The notes: generated from the letters alone by a model not told the origin. A stretch of DNA of 64,000 nucleotides from Eledone cirrhosa (GCA_964016885.1 OZ024742.1:59644001-59708000); one strand, 5' to 3'. Shown: positions 12,678-27,394, counted from the stretch's first letter. Numbers and translations are program-made.

Positions 12678-14360
12678 ACTCTATGTTGTTTGTCCAGGTC
12701 CATACTGGCGCATTAGGGAAATCTAGTCGGTAGCTGTCACACAACTAGAAATGGCTGATCAGGTACTTGAGGCTTTTGCAACCTCGCTTCTATAAACTAC
12801 CCCACAACCCCAGCGTGCTCTCTAAGATACTGTTCCAGTCTCCCGTTAACAGTAAAAGGGCGAGACATTCCCAGAAAGGCTTCCAGGCACCTAAAGAAGT
12901 CTGGCTGTCCGGTCTAGATGGACACCAGTCAAAAGGCACGACCTTCGCTATTGCTCACGCCCTGAACCACCAACTTACCGTCCGGATCCTGGAAGATCGA
13001 CTTTACCTCGAAATCCAGGCTTTCCTAAACAACACTGCCAGCCAACATCCCATACTCGGCTGATGCAAACATCCGATACTCATCGAAAATGGGGGCTAGT
13101 GCGCACTTGTCGGAAATTCTGGTCTCGCTGACTTTAGTCACATCCATATCTAGTGCCCTGGAGTCGTTTAACAGGTGATCCCGTTTCCAGGACGATCCAA
13201 GGCCATGAACAGATAAACATCCTACTCTTAAGAAAGGTTTACGTATCTACTGGAGGCTTGTGGAGGTCTGCTGGTTCGAATTACATGGTTGGTAGGGTTT
13301 CCTTTGGGAACCCTTTTAAAAGGTTTGATGTGGGTTTCACATTCGGCGTTCAAACGTCCCGAGGAAAGCTTTCTCAAATCTCTTTGTAGGAGTCGAGCTA
13401 CATTCGTACTAGTAGTAAATTTGGCACGAGAAATTTGCTCCTTCCAAATACGTCACTCTCTTTTTCTATGTCTTGCATGCGTGCTATGATGGCTATTAAA
13501 TCCTTGTTGGCCCTTCTTACTAGCACGAAGTTGTGTGTTTTGTTTTGTTCTGGTTGTTTGCGTTTTGGGGATTGTAGTGGTCATGGTCTTGTTGGTGTTG
13601 GTGTTGTTGTGGAAGTGTTTGTGTTTGTTGAGTCTGTAGTGTCAGCATTTTCTCTTGTGGGTGTGTGATGCGTGGAGTTTTTTTTTCTTGGGCTTCCTTT
13701 TTTGTTTCTTTGCTTTTTGGTTTTGCTTCGTTTCCCTACCAGAATACAAGTTGTCTGTGAGTGTGTGTGTTTGTGTTTGCATTTGTATCAATATGTGTAT
13801 TTTGTGGGGAAGAGGGAATGGGAGAGCTTTCCTGGTCTTCCCTCTAAATGGTCTAAGTAGGTGGTGGCGTTTCCGTTGATTTTTGCTGCTTGTGGTGTTG
13901 TTGGTGGTGGTGGTGGGCGCCACCACAGTGTCGGAAGCAGTGGAGGCTTACCCTACCTTGCATTTTTGAGCTGAGGGACGAAGAAACAGTCATTACAGTC
14001 GGAGCCATCCTATTTTGGATATGGGTGTGGTGCGGGATTTTTCTAAGATCATCATTCCTGATATGGAGAAGTATCTCCAAATCAACTCCGAATCAGTCCT
14101 CCATGGTTGTTTTGGTCACCTCGATCGCAACGGCTTATGTCCCCTTGAGCAATCACGCATCCCATGAGCCACCGCCAGTCTAGTCCTGGGAATGCTTACT
14201 CGAACTGTTCTTTTTCCCACGTGGGAGGGGTACATAATGACCTTGCTGGTTTTGCAAGGATTCACCTAGTCTTTCACAGCAAGGGTTTCTGACTTAAACA
14301 GCACCGAGATGATGCCGTATTGTCTGCCCCTCGCTATGTACTCGGTCTCATCTCTGATGC
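10557..14360 (-). mobile_element. Decayed L1/Tx1-clade LINE (ORF1 remnant, APE endonuclease, RT), 3' end lost
   Basis: Minus-strand remnants read by eye: APE-like LLTGDWNSIL and VWTWTN, RT-like AYEDDITV and FDRVNH. Many stops and frameshifts. (TA)n interruption near 12635-12672. Confidence 0.8.
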
Positions 14361-14896
14361 ATTTCAGCGCAACTTAAACCTCGGCTTAGAGAGTGATCGC
14401 GGCTTTTTTAGTCTGCAATGAAATGCATCGAAAAATTACCTTTTTGCTCTTGTTTAATGAGGTTCCATGCATTGGTCGACTTGAGTCTTTTTGGCTAAGA
14501 TTCATGGTGAAGTATGGTCTGTTATCGTGGCTGCTGCAACAGTGAAAGTGCTCCTCTTGTTTCCCATGTTGCTGTTTCCGATCATATTTTTGTTGGTGGT
14601 GTTGTCGTCGTTGCTTTCACTCTACTTTAAGTTGCTCTTGTTGTTGGTGTTGTTGTTGTCCTTGTTGTTTTCGTTGTTGCAGATAGTGTTAGTCTGGTTG
14701 TTTTTAATTGCGTTGTTGCTCTTGGAGTTGTTGTCGTTGTTTCCTTCACTTGTTTCTTTGTGGCTATTTGTGCTGTCGTTGTTCATGTTGGTGGTGTTGT
14801 AACTATAGTAGAAGTCTCTTACTTGTCCCAGTTGTTGTGATGTGAGATTGAAACAGAAACCAAATTTTCTCGAATCCAGCATATTAACTATTATTA

Positions 14897-14949
<53 letters not shown>

Positions 14950-14984
14950 TAACAGATTTATTATTACTATATATATATATATAT

Positions 14985-15452
14985 ATGTATATATATGGAG
15001 ACACAAAGCAGGCTTTGTTTACAAAGAGCTAACGAATTTGAAAATTAGGTAGTAACTTACGCCGGATTTGACTGAATAAAATTAGTCTGTTAGTTGGGAT
15101 TTTAAAAAAACTCTCTGATAGGAAAAGAAGGATGCGTATTAACGTACATGGGACACGCACACACATCTTTGTTTTGCTGGACCAATGTGTTACCATTACA
15201 CCAACACACAGCCCATGCTTCCTTCCATTCAAATAGAATCCATATAACCATAGCAGGTATATATATGTATATATACAGGGAGACATAAAGCATCCTTTAT
15301 TTGCAAACAGCTAGCGAATTTGAAAATTAGTTAGTAACATGTGTTTACGCCGCATTTAACTAAATAGAATTAGTCTGTTAGTTGGGATTTTTTGAAAAAC
15401 ATCTGAATGGAAAAAGGATGAGTATTGACGTACATGGGGCACGAACCCACAT
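14985..15452. repeat. Direct repeat (~285 bp period) between TA tracts
   Basis: ggagaca..aaagc...gaatttgaaaattag...attagtctgttagttgggattt...gtacatggg occurs twice. Confidence 0.75.
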
Positions 15453-15472
15453 ATATATATATAGATAGATAT

Positions 15473-15602
15473 CCAGGGGGTGTAACTTGGAGTTACGATC
15501 GATACAGATCGAACCTTGAGCTGATCAGTGGCGAAACGTGCGTCACCTAACAATAAATGTAATGAAGGAGTAACCAATCGTCCTTGTTATCCTTTCAATA
15601 TA
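15473..15602 (+). mobile_element. Short PLE pseudo-LTR fragment (3' half of an extended HHR) related to 41536-41790
   Basis: gatcgatacagatcgaaccttgagctgatcagtggc-GAAA-cgtgcg-TC...aataaa matches the reverse complement of 41650-41740. Confidence 0.75.
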
Positions 15603-17169
15603 TAGGTAGATATATAGATTTCTTATTTTGTACTATTAGATAGGAAAATGGTATTAATCGAGATAGAACCCGTAGGCTTATAGGAATTACTATATTTTAA
15701 GGTTTACAGCGATATTGAGAATCAGTAGGTTGTCTAAATATATGTCTTTACATCTTGCCTCAAATAAATCAGCCGATGACTGGCAAAGTCATTGGAGCGC
15801 AGGACAGTACGCCTTGTGTTATTTCTTCGCATACTATGCGCTCGTAGTCGAAGTTTCACCAAAAAAGGTAAACTTTACATTTCATTATTTCGTGGTGATA
15901 AAATAAAAAATAGTCTAGAGCTGTGGATTGGCAAAATATTTAGAGCGTCGGACGAGAAGCCTAGCGTTATTCGTTCCGTCTTTTGTTTCGGATTTCTCAT
16001 TCCCTTATTACCTACTTGACTGATAAATTTAATCCGACGAGCTGTTTATGGGGTTAATTCGGCTGCGAGCATATGGATCAAATCTCCGTTTTGAGAATTT
16101 ATTACCTCGTTCTCACCTGCATCAGAGGCTAAGAGAAATGACAAAACAGTAAAACGACATCTGGCCGGTTTTGAGTTCGATCTTGTCTCTTACGCTTCCA
16201 ATGCATTTAACACTTCTATATTGATGTTCAAATTTAGTATTATATGAATGTGTTATCATCCTGGGAATATTATTTTAATTATGTAGCTATATCTTAATTC
16301 CTGTCATTATTTGAAACGTTTACGCTGGTGTATCTGTTTGTTCGTACTTCAGTACACAGTTGTGGTTTATGTGTAAATTTGATTATCGCATTTCGTTTGA
16401 TGATATGGCAGCTGTAAAGATTGATTTATCACTGCGCATGTCTGAAAATTTCATCATATTCTTTAATATGGCCTTAAGTTATATAGTCTGTGGTGAACAT
16501 ATTTTTTTAGCTTTCATTGTTGTTTACATGGCTTTCTTTGTAAGAAGAAATCAATATTTTGATAATAAGATTACTAAAGAAAAATTACACATATATTTTT
16601 CTTTCTTCCATGCGTCTTTATACGCTTAGATATTTATTCTTTCACCCACTTATTGGTTTCATTCATTACACTGTGATCATGCTGGGATACAAACCTGAAT
16701 GGATTAAGTAGATCATATCGACCCCAGTACTTACTTTTTCAAGTCCCTTACTTAATTCATCGATTCCTTTTTCGAAGAGATATGCCCCGAGATATATTAT
16801 TGGATAACACTGCAACAGATTCCGTAAAAGTTACATGTCAAGATGTAATGCGTTGGTACTGACTTTGAAACCACCTGGCTTCGAATCAAGCACCTTAACC
16901 CCATACCACTCCTAACCATACCTGCGCCTAGCATTTTGAGACGCTATCTTAAAGTAACCTTTTACTTTATCTTTTTTCCATGTTTGTGGATAAAGACTTA
17001 AATGTTAGGAGGAGTAACTGTAGAACGACAAAAATCTTATACTAACAATCTCAAATGTTTATTAATGAAATGATTGACTCGAATTACTGTCAGACACAGC
17101 TTTCATCAAAGTATATATTTCTTATGTATCTTCTTAAAAGTGTTTATCCCCTTAATAGACACTGAGTAA

Positions 17170-17335
17170 ACATTGAATCGATCTCAGTAGTTGAATGGTA
17201 CTTCATATATTCGAACCCTAGAGACAGAAAGGCAAAGCTATTTTACTGGAGACCTGAAATAAGAACATAAAAAGCTGGTATATATATTGCTAAGCATTTG
17301 GTCCGGCACTCTAACTGTTCTGCCATTCCACCGAC
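17170..17335 (-). mobile_element. Diverged SINE, head-to-head with the following SINE dimer
   Basis: gaaaggcaaag...tctaactgttctgccattccaccg is the reverse complement of a SINE head and centre. Confidence 0.55.
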
Positions 17336-17367
17336 CAGACTTATATTTAATTATTTTTTCTAATACT

Positions 17368-17772
17368 GGCGGTGGATTGGCAGTATTGGTAGAGGGTCGG
17401 ACGCCAAGCTTTGACGCATAGAGTTACGGCCCTTGCCATTCTGAGTTCAAATCCCGCCGAGGTTAACTTTGCCTTTCATCCTTATGGGGTCGATAAAATA
17501 AAGTACCAGTAATACACTGGTTAATTGCTGGCCTTGTGCCTAATGTAGAAACAATTATTTCTAATACTGGCGGTGGATTGGCAGTATCAGTAAAGAGTCG
17601 GACGCCATGCTTTGCAGCAAAGAGTTACGGCCCTTTATGGTCTGAGTTCAAATCCCGCCAAGGTTAACTTTGCCTTTCATCTTTACGGGGTCGATAAAAT
17701 AAAGTACCTGTAATGTACTGGGTAATTGCTGGCCTTGTGCCAAAAGTAAAAACAATTATTTCTAATACTGGC
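17368..17772 (+). mobile_element. Head-to-tail dimer of a tRNA-derived SINE (~201 bp unit)
   Basis: A-box-like tggcagtattggtaga, B-box gagttcaaatcc, central gcctttcatcc...ggggtcgataaaataaagtacc (Meta/Sauria-like domain), tail attgctggccttgtgcc. Confidence 0.85.
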
Positions 17773-18510
17773 AAGACCAATAATTTGGAGGAAGGGGAAT
17801 GTCAATTATATCGAACCAGTACTTAACTATTATTTTATTTTCAGGCAACAGGGAACTGTCCATTGCTCCCGCAGAACATTCTACACGTTCCGTGGAACAT
17901 GCTAGTATCTCTTTTCGAGAAATTGACGTGTAAATGGCAGAGTTCCCACATAAACCTGTATGTTTAGCATATATTTACGAGGAGATTCATTTCGACAAAA
18001 TATGTGACACGGCCGACGTTTTAAAAATACAGGTATAATCCACCTGGTAGGCTTCCAAACAGGGTGTCAAACCATTTTCACTTACCAGTTTTGAGTTGAT
18101 CAGAAGCTACAGTAAAAGTAAAACGCACCTAATATCCCACGCAGTGCGACCCAACCCGAGACTTCCGGCTACTAAAGCGAAAATCTTAATTACGCCATCC
18201 TACGTTCATTACATGTAATAGAAATCATTATTACAGCACTGGAAGATTTTGTCTATTAGAGACAGCCATTGCTTAATTATATACAATTATAAAATAAAAT
18301 GTCTACCAATTTCCGAATAAAATCCTCCCGCTATATATATATTAGGCGTAAAATATTTTGTACATTTATTTTACCGTTTATATAATAGTAGTTTTATTTC
18401 ATCTCTGTTAGTAAAATTATTGGATTCTGATTAGGTTGATGGATCCAAATAAATTAAAGTTCCATGATAATAAAATTGTTTTTAATTGGAAATGTAGCTC
18501 GATATGGTGA

Positions 18511-18547
<37 letters not shown>

Positions 18548-18562
18548 CACAAACACACACAT

Positions 18563-18617
<55 letters not shown>

Positions 18618-19339
18618 CACAAACACACACACACATACACACACACATATATATAAATATATATATATATGAGTGCGTGTGTGGGTACCTACACAGAATT
18701 ATGCAAGATGATGTCGCCATAACGACGGTTACTGAAAGTGATCTTTGCTTAGCTCTGCTATAACAATTTATACAGGGTCGTCATAAACATATTATTAAAA
18801 TAATATAATTTATATTTCGGAAATAATCAAAATAAATATTATGAAATGCTCACACAAAAAAAAAACAACAACAAAAAAATAGACAGGCTTTTAATATAAC
18901 CCCTTTATGAGAGGAAGGATCTTTTTTCTCTTTTAATTATTTCAGTTATAAGATTATGAAATGATTAATACAAACTATTAAACCCGTTGCATATATCAAT
19001 ATCGTATCTATTTCATCGACCTCTATTTGTTTGAATGTTAAGTTATAGTTTCTAGGACAATGAAATGTAATTCGCTCACATGGACTTACATCGTTAAACC
19101 TAAAAATAGAGATCTTCTTCTCATACCCACAACTTATAACACATACACGAATATATATATATATATATATATGCTGGTAAAAACCAAGAGGTTATATCTG
19201 TAGTAAGTAGAGTACTCAGTCAAAAGTGTTATTTCCGCAACAATTTTGTAGACGATACTCGAGGACACGCCTTTGACCGAACGGATGTTCAGCCGCGCAT
19301 CCTCGAGTATGGTTTGTTAATTTGTTGTGGAGCTAGCTC

Positions 19340-20012
19340 TCTCTCTCTATATATATATATCCCCCCCCCCTGTCTATATCTCTCTCTTTCTCTTCCTCTC
19401 AACCTCTATGTTGGAAAATCACTGACGAAGGACTAATTTTATTCATATGTAACCCATGTGCAACCACGCAGCACTCAATTCTTCTCATACTTATATATAT
19501 ATATTTTTCCTCAGCTGCGTTTGTCTGTTTCTTCCTTACTACTTTCCCCCTCTATCTGTATCTCTCACCTTCTTTCGCTCCCTCTGTCAGTCACACTTTC
19601 TCTCGACGGGCCTCTTCCTCGCACTTCTACTCACTCACTCACTCTCTGCTTCTCCCCTCTAACTTCCCGTTTGGCCTGTGTGGGGTCCTCTCTCACTCAC
19701 ACCTCACCCATGTCGGATGGTCTGTATATCTCTCTCGCCCATGAAATTCACCGAGCTTAAGCTGAATAGATATCATGTGCTTGTTTCTTCCTATCTTTCC
19801 GTTGCAATACCATGTTTGTTTGTTTACTTGTCTCGCTCGCTTTACGCTATATTACTTGTCCCAGTAGCTTTATTTAGCTATTGCTCGCACCAACTAGAGG
19901 TATATGATTTTTAAAGCGATGAAATACCAATGAAAGTGGAAAAATCACTGATGAAGGACTAATTTTATTCATATGTAACCCATGTGCAACCACGCAGCAC
20001 TCAATTCTTCCA
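19340..20012 (+). repeat. Diverged relative of the 4401-5362 repeat, ~1.2 copies
   Basis: aatcactga(c/t)gaaggactaattttattcatatgtaacccatgtgcaaccacgcagcactc at ~19417 and ~19943. Confidence 0.75.
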
Positions 20013-20024
20013 TATATATATATA

Positions 20025-21036
20025 TCATCATCATCACTCGTTGACTACTGTCGAGATGATGGATCTCACTCTCATGAATCCCCTGAATCCCCTGTCCCCC
20101 ATCGCTGCCCCCCAAGGTCCTGTCTGCTGATTCCCGTATCCCTAGAGATAACGTCAGGAAATGACAGCTTCCTACTCCTAGTCAGGCTGGAGTCAGGGTT
20201 CCAGAGCAAGAGAACGGATATGATTTCATTGCTGGCACGGTGACAGTGGCCAGCAAATTGAGCTCTCCGGGATTTTAGAAGGGCAGAGGCTCGAGGGAGT
20301 TTGCCATAGATTTTAGACAAGGTGGGATGTCGTTTCCAGGATAGGTTTTGCACTCTCATTAAGAGGCGGGTATATGTGCCATCCAATCTCCTCTCAAGTT
20401 GTGATGTTAGTGTCCAAGTTTCGGATCCATAAAGTAATATGGGCTTAATGGTTGCTTGGAATATTTCCAGTGTTAGCTTGTTGGTAAGTTGAGATGTCCA
20501 TATGGCGTGCATGTCATTGCACGCTGACCATGCCATACCCTTCCTGGTTAGAAAATCTTTTTTGGAGGAGGAGATATATGAGCCAAGATACTTTTAATCT
20601 TCCACCTGCTTAAGGGTGGCACCATTAAAAGTTCTGATGGGGTAGTTTGGGCTGTTTGCGCATCTGTTCACACACTCAGTCTTGGATTCGTTGAGGTACA
20701 GTCCAACACAGTTGGACGCTTGTTCTAATGACTTCAAAAGACTCTCAGCATTTTCCAGTGACCGACTGATCAATGCGATGTCGTCAGCAAAGTCGGTGTC
20801 GGTCAAGTATTTTGCTGGGTAGCGTGAGCTTCTCCTAGGCTGTAGTTGGTATCCCCTATCCTGAATCCTATCCACAGACATGCGCAAAACATAATCCACA
20901 ACAATGATAAATAGATACGGAGCAAGGGTATCGCCCTGTAAAATTCCAGCAAGGATTGAGAAAGGTGGTGTTTCCCCATCTGGGGTCAGGACAGTTGATT
21001 TGGTATCTGTATACATTACACGTACGGCCGCGATGA
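20025..21036 (-). mobile_element. 5'-truncated RTE-clade LINE (RT C-terminal half) with (GAT)n tail
   Basis: GILQGDTLAPYLFIIVVDY, DTDFADDIALIS, LLYGSETWTLT, RAQFAGHC. One frameshift near 20594. TA runs at both ends. Confidence 0.9.
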
Positions 21037-21098
21037 TTATATATATATATAACACAGAAAAAAAAGAATCAGTGTTGCGACGAATGGAATTTATTGAA

Positions 21099-21190
21099 CA
21101 TATTACAATCGTTTCTCTGGCGAACAGCTCGGGGCACGATCGATGTGATGATCGAACCTGACTCTGAAAATCGCAAGGTCATAAGATACG
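21099..21190 (-). ncRNA. Degenerate HHR with extended stem II
   Basis: Minus strand: cgtat-CTTATGA-...-GAAA-cgattg-TA-atatg, then aataaa. The insertion resembles that of 41689-41773. Confidence 0.5.
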
Positions 21191-21926
21191 TCTTGATTCT
21201 ACGAAACAGATTTTTCTAATGTCTTTTTACATCGATATCCTTCGCCTGTCAGCTTAGATCATGTTGTTGTCATTCTATGAGTGGTCAAGAATTGTAAACG
21301 TCATCGGTATTTCTAGCCACTCATGGTTGTCCACTATTTGGTTCTTTTCATTCCCCACCTGTCAATCAAAGTTATTTCTTAGATCGGAATTACTACTGAG
21401 GTAGGTAAGGGGTTGTATGCTTGAACTGATGGCGGTCCATCGACGTCTTCTCTGTCTTTAGACGCCCTCGTCCACACCGATCACGTACACACTCGCAACT
21501 GTATTGAATGCGACAATCACCGTAAATAATGCTTGGAGGGAATTATTAAAACAAATTAGAAAAATATTTAGCATAACCTTTCAAGAACACAGCCTCAGAA
21601 TACCTTAAAACATACATATTTCAAAAAGAAAAAAACTCTGTACAAAGAACGGTTTCAAATGAATGCTTTTCATCATTATATAGGAAGCGTTTTTCACACG
21701 TATATTACGGATTTCGGTGTTGGACTTAAGATTTCGGGTTTAATTCCTTCACTGGGTGGCGCATTGTGCACCAAGTCTCTTCTGTTGACGTTGCTTTTCA
21801 TAAGATTGGGGATTCTATCATTAAAACACCCCTAAGCCTGCATAGGTATGAACTGTGTTAAAAAATTATAAATCAGAAATCATGAACACATATGTAAGAG
21901 AAATAAAAAAGTTTTTCTTTATAAAC

Positions 21927-22115
<189 letters not shown>

Positions 22116-23105
22116 ACTGGGCGCCTGGCACACTGAGTGTGCCCAGGCGCTCACCGCCCTCTGGCAGGCGGATCCGGTTATCAGTGGAGACTCCACCGCA
22201 ACATTCTATAGAGGGCTGGTACGCAGCAGGTGCGACGACGCCCTCGGAGAAGCCCTAGACATGGAGGAGGACGAACTGGCCAGCCTGTTCGGTAGGACAT
22301 TCAGCCCGGGACCTATGGACAACTTCCAGAAGTCCCTGGCCTGGCAGTGCTACCGAGGGGCTTTACCCGTTCGAGAAAGGCTCTACAGACACGGGCGCCC
22401 GGGTAGGGACCCCGCCAAAAAGATCTGTCCCAGATGCGTGTGCGACGAGGAAACCGTTGCACACGCATTAGTACACTGCTCGGGCGTAGCCGATCTGTGG
22501 GGCTATGTCGAACAACTGCTGTCAAGGGTGGGACCGATCCGGTTGACCACCGAGTCTATTGTAATGATCAAGCCGCCTCCCCCCTTCAAAGATGAAGCAG
22601 AGGCGGTGTTTCTGTGCGTAATAGCCATGGCGAAAGAGGTTGTATGGTGGACGCGTCTGAAAGGACTGAGGTCGGGCACCTTTCTCTCTGGCCAACAACT
22701 GGTCCGTTTCTTCCGATATCATTTCGGAAGAAGGATCAGGATGGAGAGAGAGGTGCTGCACCCCAGCCGTTTCTATGAAAGATGGGTGAAAGTGGCGAGA
22801 ATGGCCCGTGTGAATGGGCCTTCACTCTACATCAGACTATAGGTGAGGAAGATGAAAGACCAAGGGAGCACCCCTTCTCTGTGCTCCTGTGGAGAAGGGT
22901 TGCACACTTTTTTCGGGGGTGTGTGCGACCCCCCAAGGCGCCTCCTCTCTATTGAGGATTTTGTTAAAAATTTTATTTTTTGTTATATCTTATTTTATTT
23001 TTATATTTTGTTATTGCCTCCTCCTTATTGAGGACGCCTTTTTGTGTAAACTCCCCCCTTTGTACTTGTCCCACTTTTGATGCCCTAGTGGCAAATAAAA
23101 GAAAT
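22116..23105 (+). mobile_element. 3' end of a Tx1/L1-clade LINE (zf-RVT domain plus 3' UTR) inside (TATC)n
   Basis: ORF 22261-22842 LAWQCYRGALPVRERL...CPRC..EETVAHALVHC. Ends aaataaaagaaa. (TATC)n on both sides. Confidence 0.88.
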
Positions 23106-23106
23106 A

Positions 23107-23143
<37 letters not shown>

Positions 23144-23689
23144 CTGTCTCTTCGCTTTCTTTTTTTTTCTGTTTCTATAATTCACAAACAGTTTTGATAG
23201 AGTTTCACGGAGAAAACGAATACCACTTATTAAGCCCGTAAAACAATAAGTATTGTAATAGTTATCTATTGAAAATTTCTCTTCAATATAAAACATACAT
23301 TAGCCAGCATCTTTATATTTCTATTCAAAAGATGAATGCGATCTGTCTGCAGTTACAGCAGGAATATATGAACTCATGAGAGCACATATAGTCTTATTCA
23401 AAACGATTACATTAAATCATCTCAATTATTACTTGTTTCAATATTCGACAAAGATGTGAATGATTCCTTGCAAGAACAATTTGCTGAAAATTAATTAAAA
23501 TACTGATCATTCTTCAATTATTTGAGTTAACAATAAAATACCCTTTCCATACGTGTAACACAGCATGATACTATAAGAGGACAAACGAAATAATTTGTCA
23601 TTCAGGTTGACACAAAGACATCCTTTTACATATATTGAATAAAGTTGTTTCATAATATATGTATATATTGATGTATGTATGTATGAATA

Positions 23690-23771
<82 letters not shown>

Positions 23772-23914
23772 TGTATGTGAATATACACATACATATATCA
23801 TATATACATACACAGATAAACGCACACACTTCCACACAAAATACACACACACATAAACCCAAATGTACATACATAATACATATATTTGTATATATTTGTA
23901 TATATATATATATT

Positions 23915-24006
<92 letters not shown>

Positions 24007-24409
24007 TGTGTGTGTGTGTATAATATCTATTATGCGCAAATAATTAACTATGTACTGCGACGTTTGTCGGTGTCTTACTGTGAAATGTATAGAATAATTA
24101 ACCTTTTGAAAATCTTTACGACATTCTTACATCGATATCAATAGAAGTTGAGAAAAAGAATTTCCTCTCGAGTAACCAATACCAACATCTGTTAAAATGT
24201 TTAAATAACCAACCAACAAAGCAACATATATAGCGAAGGATTCAGGACGTAACACTTATTAAATTATTCTGTCAATTCATTAGAATCAAATATAATAATA
24301 CGCCATTTGTGTTTGTATCTTTCTGTAAAGGTTATTCGAGTCTTGATCGTAAGGTCGTGAGTTCTATTCACGGTGACGCATCGTGCCCTTAAACAAGAAA
24401 CTTTCTTAT

Positions 24410-24612
24410 ATAGGCACAAGGCCAGCAATTTTGGGGGAGGGGAAAGTCGATTAAATCGAAACCAGTGCGTGACTGGTACTTTATTTCATCGACCCATAAC
24501 GATGAAAGGGAAAGTTAACCTCGGTGGGATTTGAACTTAGATCATAAAGGGCCGTAATTCTATGCTGCAAAGCATGGCGTCCAACCCTGTACCGATACTG
24601 CCAATCCACTAC
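24410..24612 (-). mobile_element. Full-length tRNA-derived SINE
   Basis: Reverse complement aligns with the 17368 unit. Further copies or fragments at ~25285-25435, ~33290-33420, ~59090-59210 and ~61778-61990. Confidence 0.85.
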
Positions 24613-25042
24613 CCTAGAATAATTAATAAAAAACATTTTTAGTGTTATAAAAAGATAATTTCTAATAGCCCAAAGAACAGAAGTCCTATTTCAAGAGTAT
24701 CCTAATTTTTTAAATTATTTTCTTCATTTTATATCGATATTTACTAATGGTAGTTTCCCAAATTAATGTATACAAATACACTGTTAACTGGTTCACTTCC
24801 TTTAAGACAAGGAGAGTGTCAATAAATATTTCTGCCTCTGTGGAAACCAGAAATTACCAAAGTAGTTTCTTCGAAGATAACTGGTATTATTCTATTATTT
24901 ATCTCGTTGATGTTTACATATGTACATACATGAATAATACACTCACATGCCTACACTGACCCCCGCCCCAACTACACATACTTGCACGCGCGCACACACA
25001 CGCCCAAACACACGCCCAAACACACACACACCCAAACACACC

Positions 25043-25142
<100 letters not shown>

Positions 25143-26019
25143 TATATATATATATATATATATATAATTGGCTTCAGCAAGATTTCTAAACTAAAACAAC
25201 TACAAACGCATTTTATGGACTCCGTAAAATTGCAAAGGAAACTAGTTATCAGTAGACCGTAGATATGAAAGTAAATAATGTTTTTAATTGTGGCAAAAGG
25301 CCCTGAAATTTAGGGGAAAGGAATAATTCATTAAATCGACCCCAGTGACTGGTGATTTATTTTATCTACTTCGAAAGAATGAAATCCGAAGTTGACCTGG
25401 CGGATTCTGAACTCAGAATGTAAAGAGCCGGAGCATATCTTCAATGGAAGTAAATAATTTGAACTATATAAACCAGTGAAATATCACTTCTGCTGACATA
25501 CTTAATTTTAATTACTTGATTGTGTCTGGGAAGAAGGATAAGGAATATAGTAACATATGGTAACAGCTTGAGCAGCTTTGATCCAAGATTTTCTCAATTA
25601 GGCTCCAAGTGGGACTTAGCTAAATGAACTACAACAGTAATAGTATCAATGACAACTACAGCAGCAAGAATAATTGACTGATGACTAAAAAGTGATTTGC
25701 TGGCTAGCGGGGCAACAGCATGGCGTCATTTCATACTATCATTGATTTATTTAAATTTTAATTATGATGCCAGTAGATTTAGATAAATATGGATAGTAAC
25801 TCGACAATCTTCTGTTCTTTAAATTAAGGATTTCATCCCATATAACTGTATGGCTGTACGGTTAAGAATTCCCCTTCAAAAGAGCGAGGTGATCGTGTCA
25901 ATTCAAAATACGTGGGAAACAATTTTCTAATAGCCACGGGTTTATTAAAGACGTAAGATTTAGAGGAAGGAAGCAGAAGAGACGCGCGTAACATCCACGC
26001 ACACACACAGACGCGCGCG

Positions 26020-26089
<70 letters not shown>

Positions 26090-26090
<1 letters not shown>

Positions 26091-26335
26091 CTAATATATA
26101 TTTGTGAAATGGGTGGTGGTTGAAATTCAGATGTGCACGGTTAAAGGGTAGTAGACGTCGTCGGACTGACATGAAACTTTACACACCTATGTAAAAAGTG
26201 CCAAGGAAGCGAATAGACGAGGTTTCAAATCTCTAACTTGAAAAATGTGGTCCCTGGGACCCCAAAACTATCGCGTTCGGTGAGTTATTTCCCCCTGTTC
26301 TAATACTTTTGTCTTATTTACAATTTCATACAAAT
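26090..26335 (+). mobile_element. Possible Helitron 5' fragment
   Basis: Starts a|TCtaatatata, similar to the 5' end of the 49393 element. No 3' terminus found. Confidence 0.3.
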
Positions 26336-26384
26336 AAAGCAGTAAATAAAGGATTATGAGTTCATGCAATTGACTTATGTTTCG

Positions 26385-26440
<56 letters not shown>

Positions 26441-26448
<8 letters not shown>

Positions 26449-27394
26449 TAAACGGAATAGAAAATGCTGACAAATTGTTCACAGTTGGAAAATGGTTTAA
26501 TTAGGAATAAAAGAGTATTAGTGATTTCAGGTTGTCGAGAACAATACATAGGCCAGACCAAAAACAGCCTCCGCCAACGCATGACTGTCCATAGATCCCA
26601 AATTAAAATACGGGAATACAGGAAAATACCACTGAGTGAACACATTGATACCTGTGCCGCCCCAAATCATCCCAACTTCAGAATCTTTCCCCTCTACAAA
26701 TTTAAAGATAATGCCACCCACACCCAGCGCATCAGCAAGGAATCTTACTTCATTAACAAATACGGACACCGTCTAAACACTTCTCCCTAAGACGAACCCA
26801 CAACATACACACGTCAACATACATACCTACATCAGCACACATCTCTACCCACATATAAACACAATGACATACGTAAACACACATGCTCTATGGTGCAACA
26901 CAAAAAAATATATGTGCATATATATGTGTATATATATGTATATATGTATATAGTGAATATATGTATGTGTGTATATATATATATATAGTGAATATCATTT
27001 CACACCTTTTATTGTTAAGATTTTTGATGTTCTATTAAGAGAACCGATTTTACTGAAAAAATCGAATAATGTACACCATTTTACCATTTGGAAAAAAATA
27101 CTGGTCCACCCACCCACACACACACACACACACACAGACACACACACACATATATATACACACACACATACACACGCGTACATCAACATACAAAGAGACT
27201 TATATACACACACACACATACACACGCGTACATCAACATACAAAGAGACTTACATACACACACACACACACACAAACACACGCACTTCTCCGTATAAGAC
27301 AAAAGCTGAAAAATATCTTTTGACATGCTAAAATACCCCCCATTGCTTTCAGACACATTCTTACTGACCATCCCTGCCACCACGAATTACTCTG

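Noticed and set aside
14491-14882. Hydrophobic membrane-like ORF and Asn-rich antisense ORF
   Set aside because: Degenerate (TTG)n low-complexity sequence
17368-17460. tRNA gene suggested by A-box and B-box
   Set aside because: No cloverleaf, box spacing too long, and it continues into the SINE body
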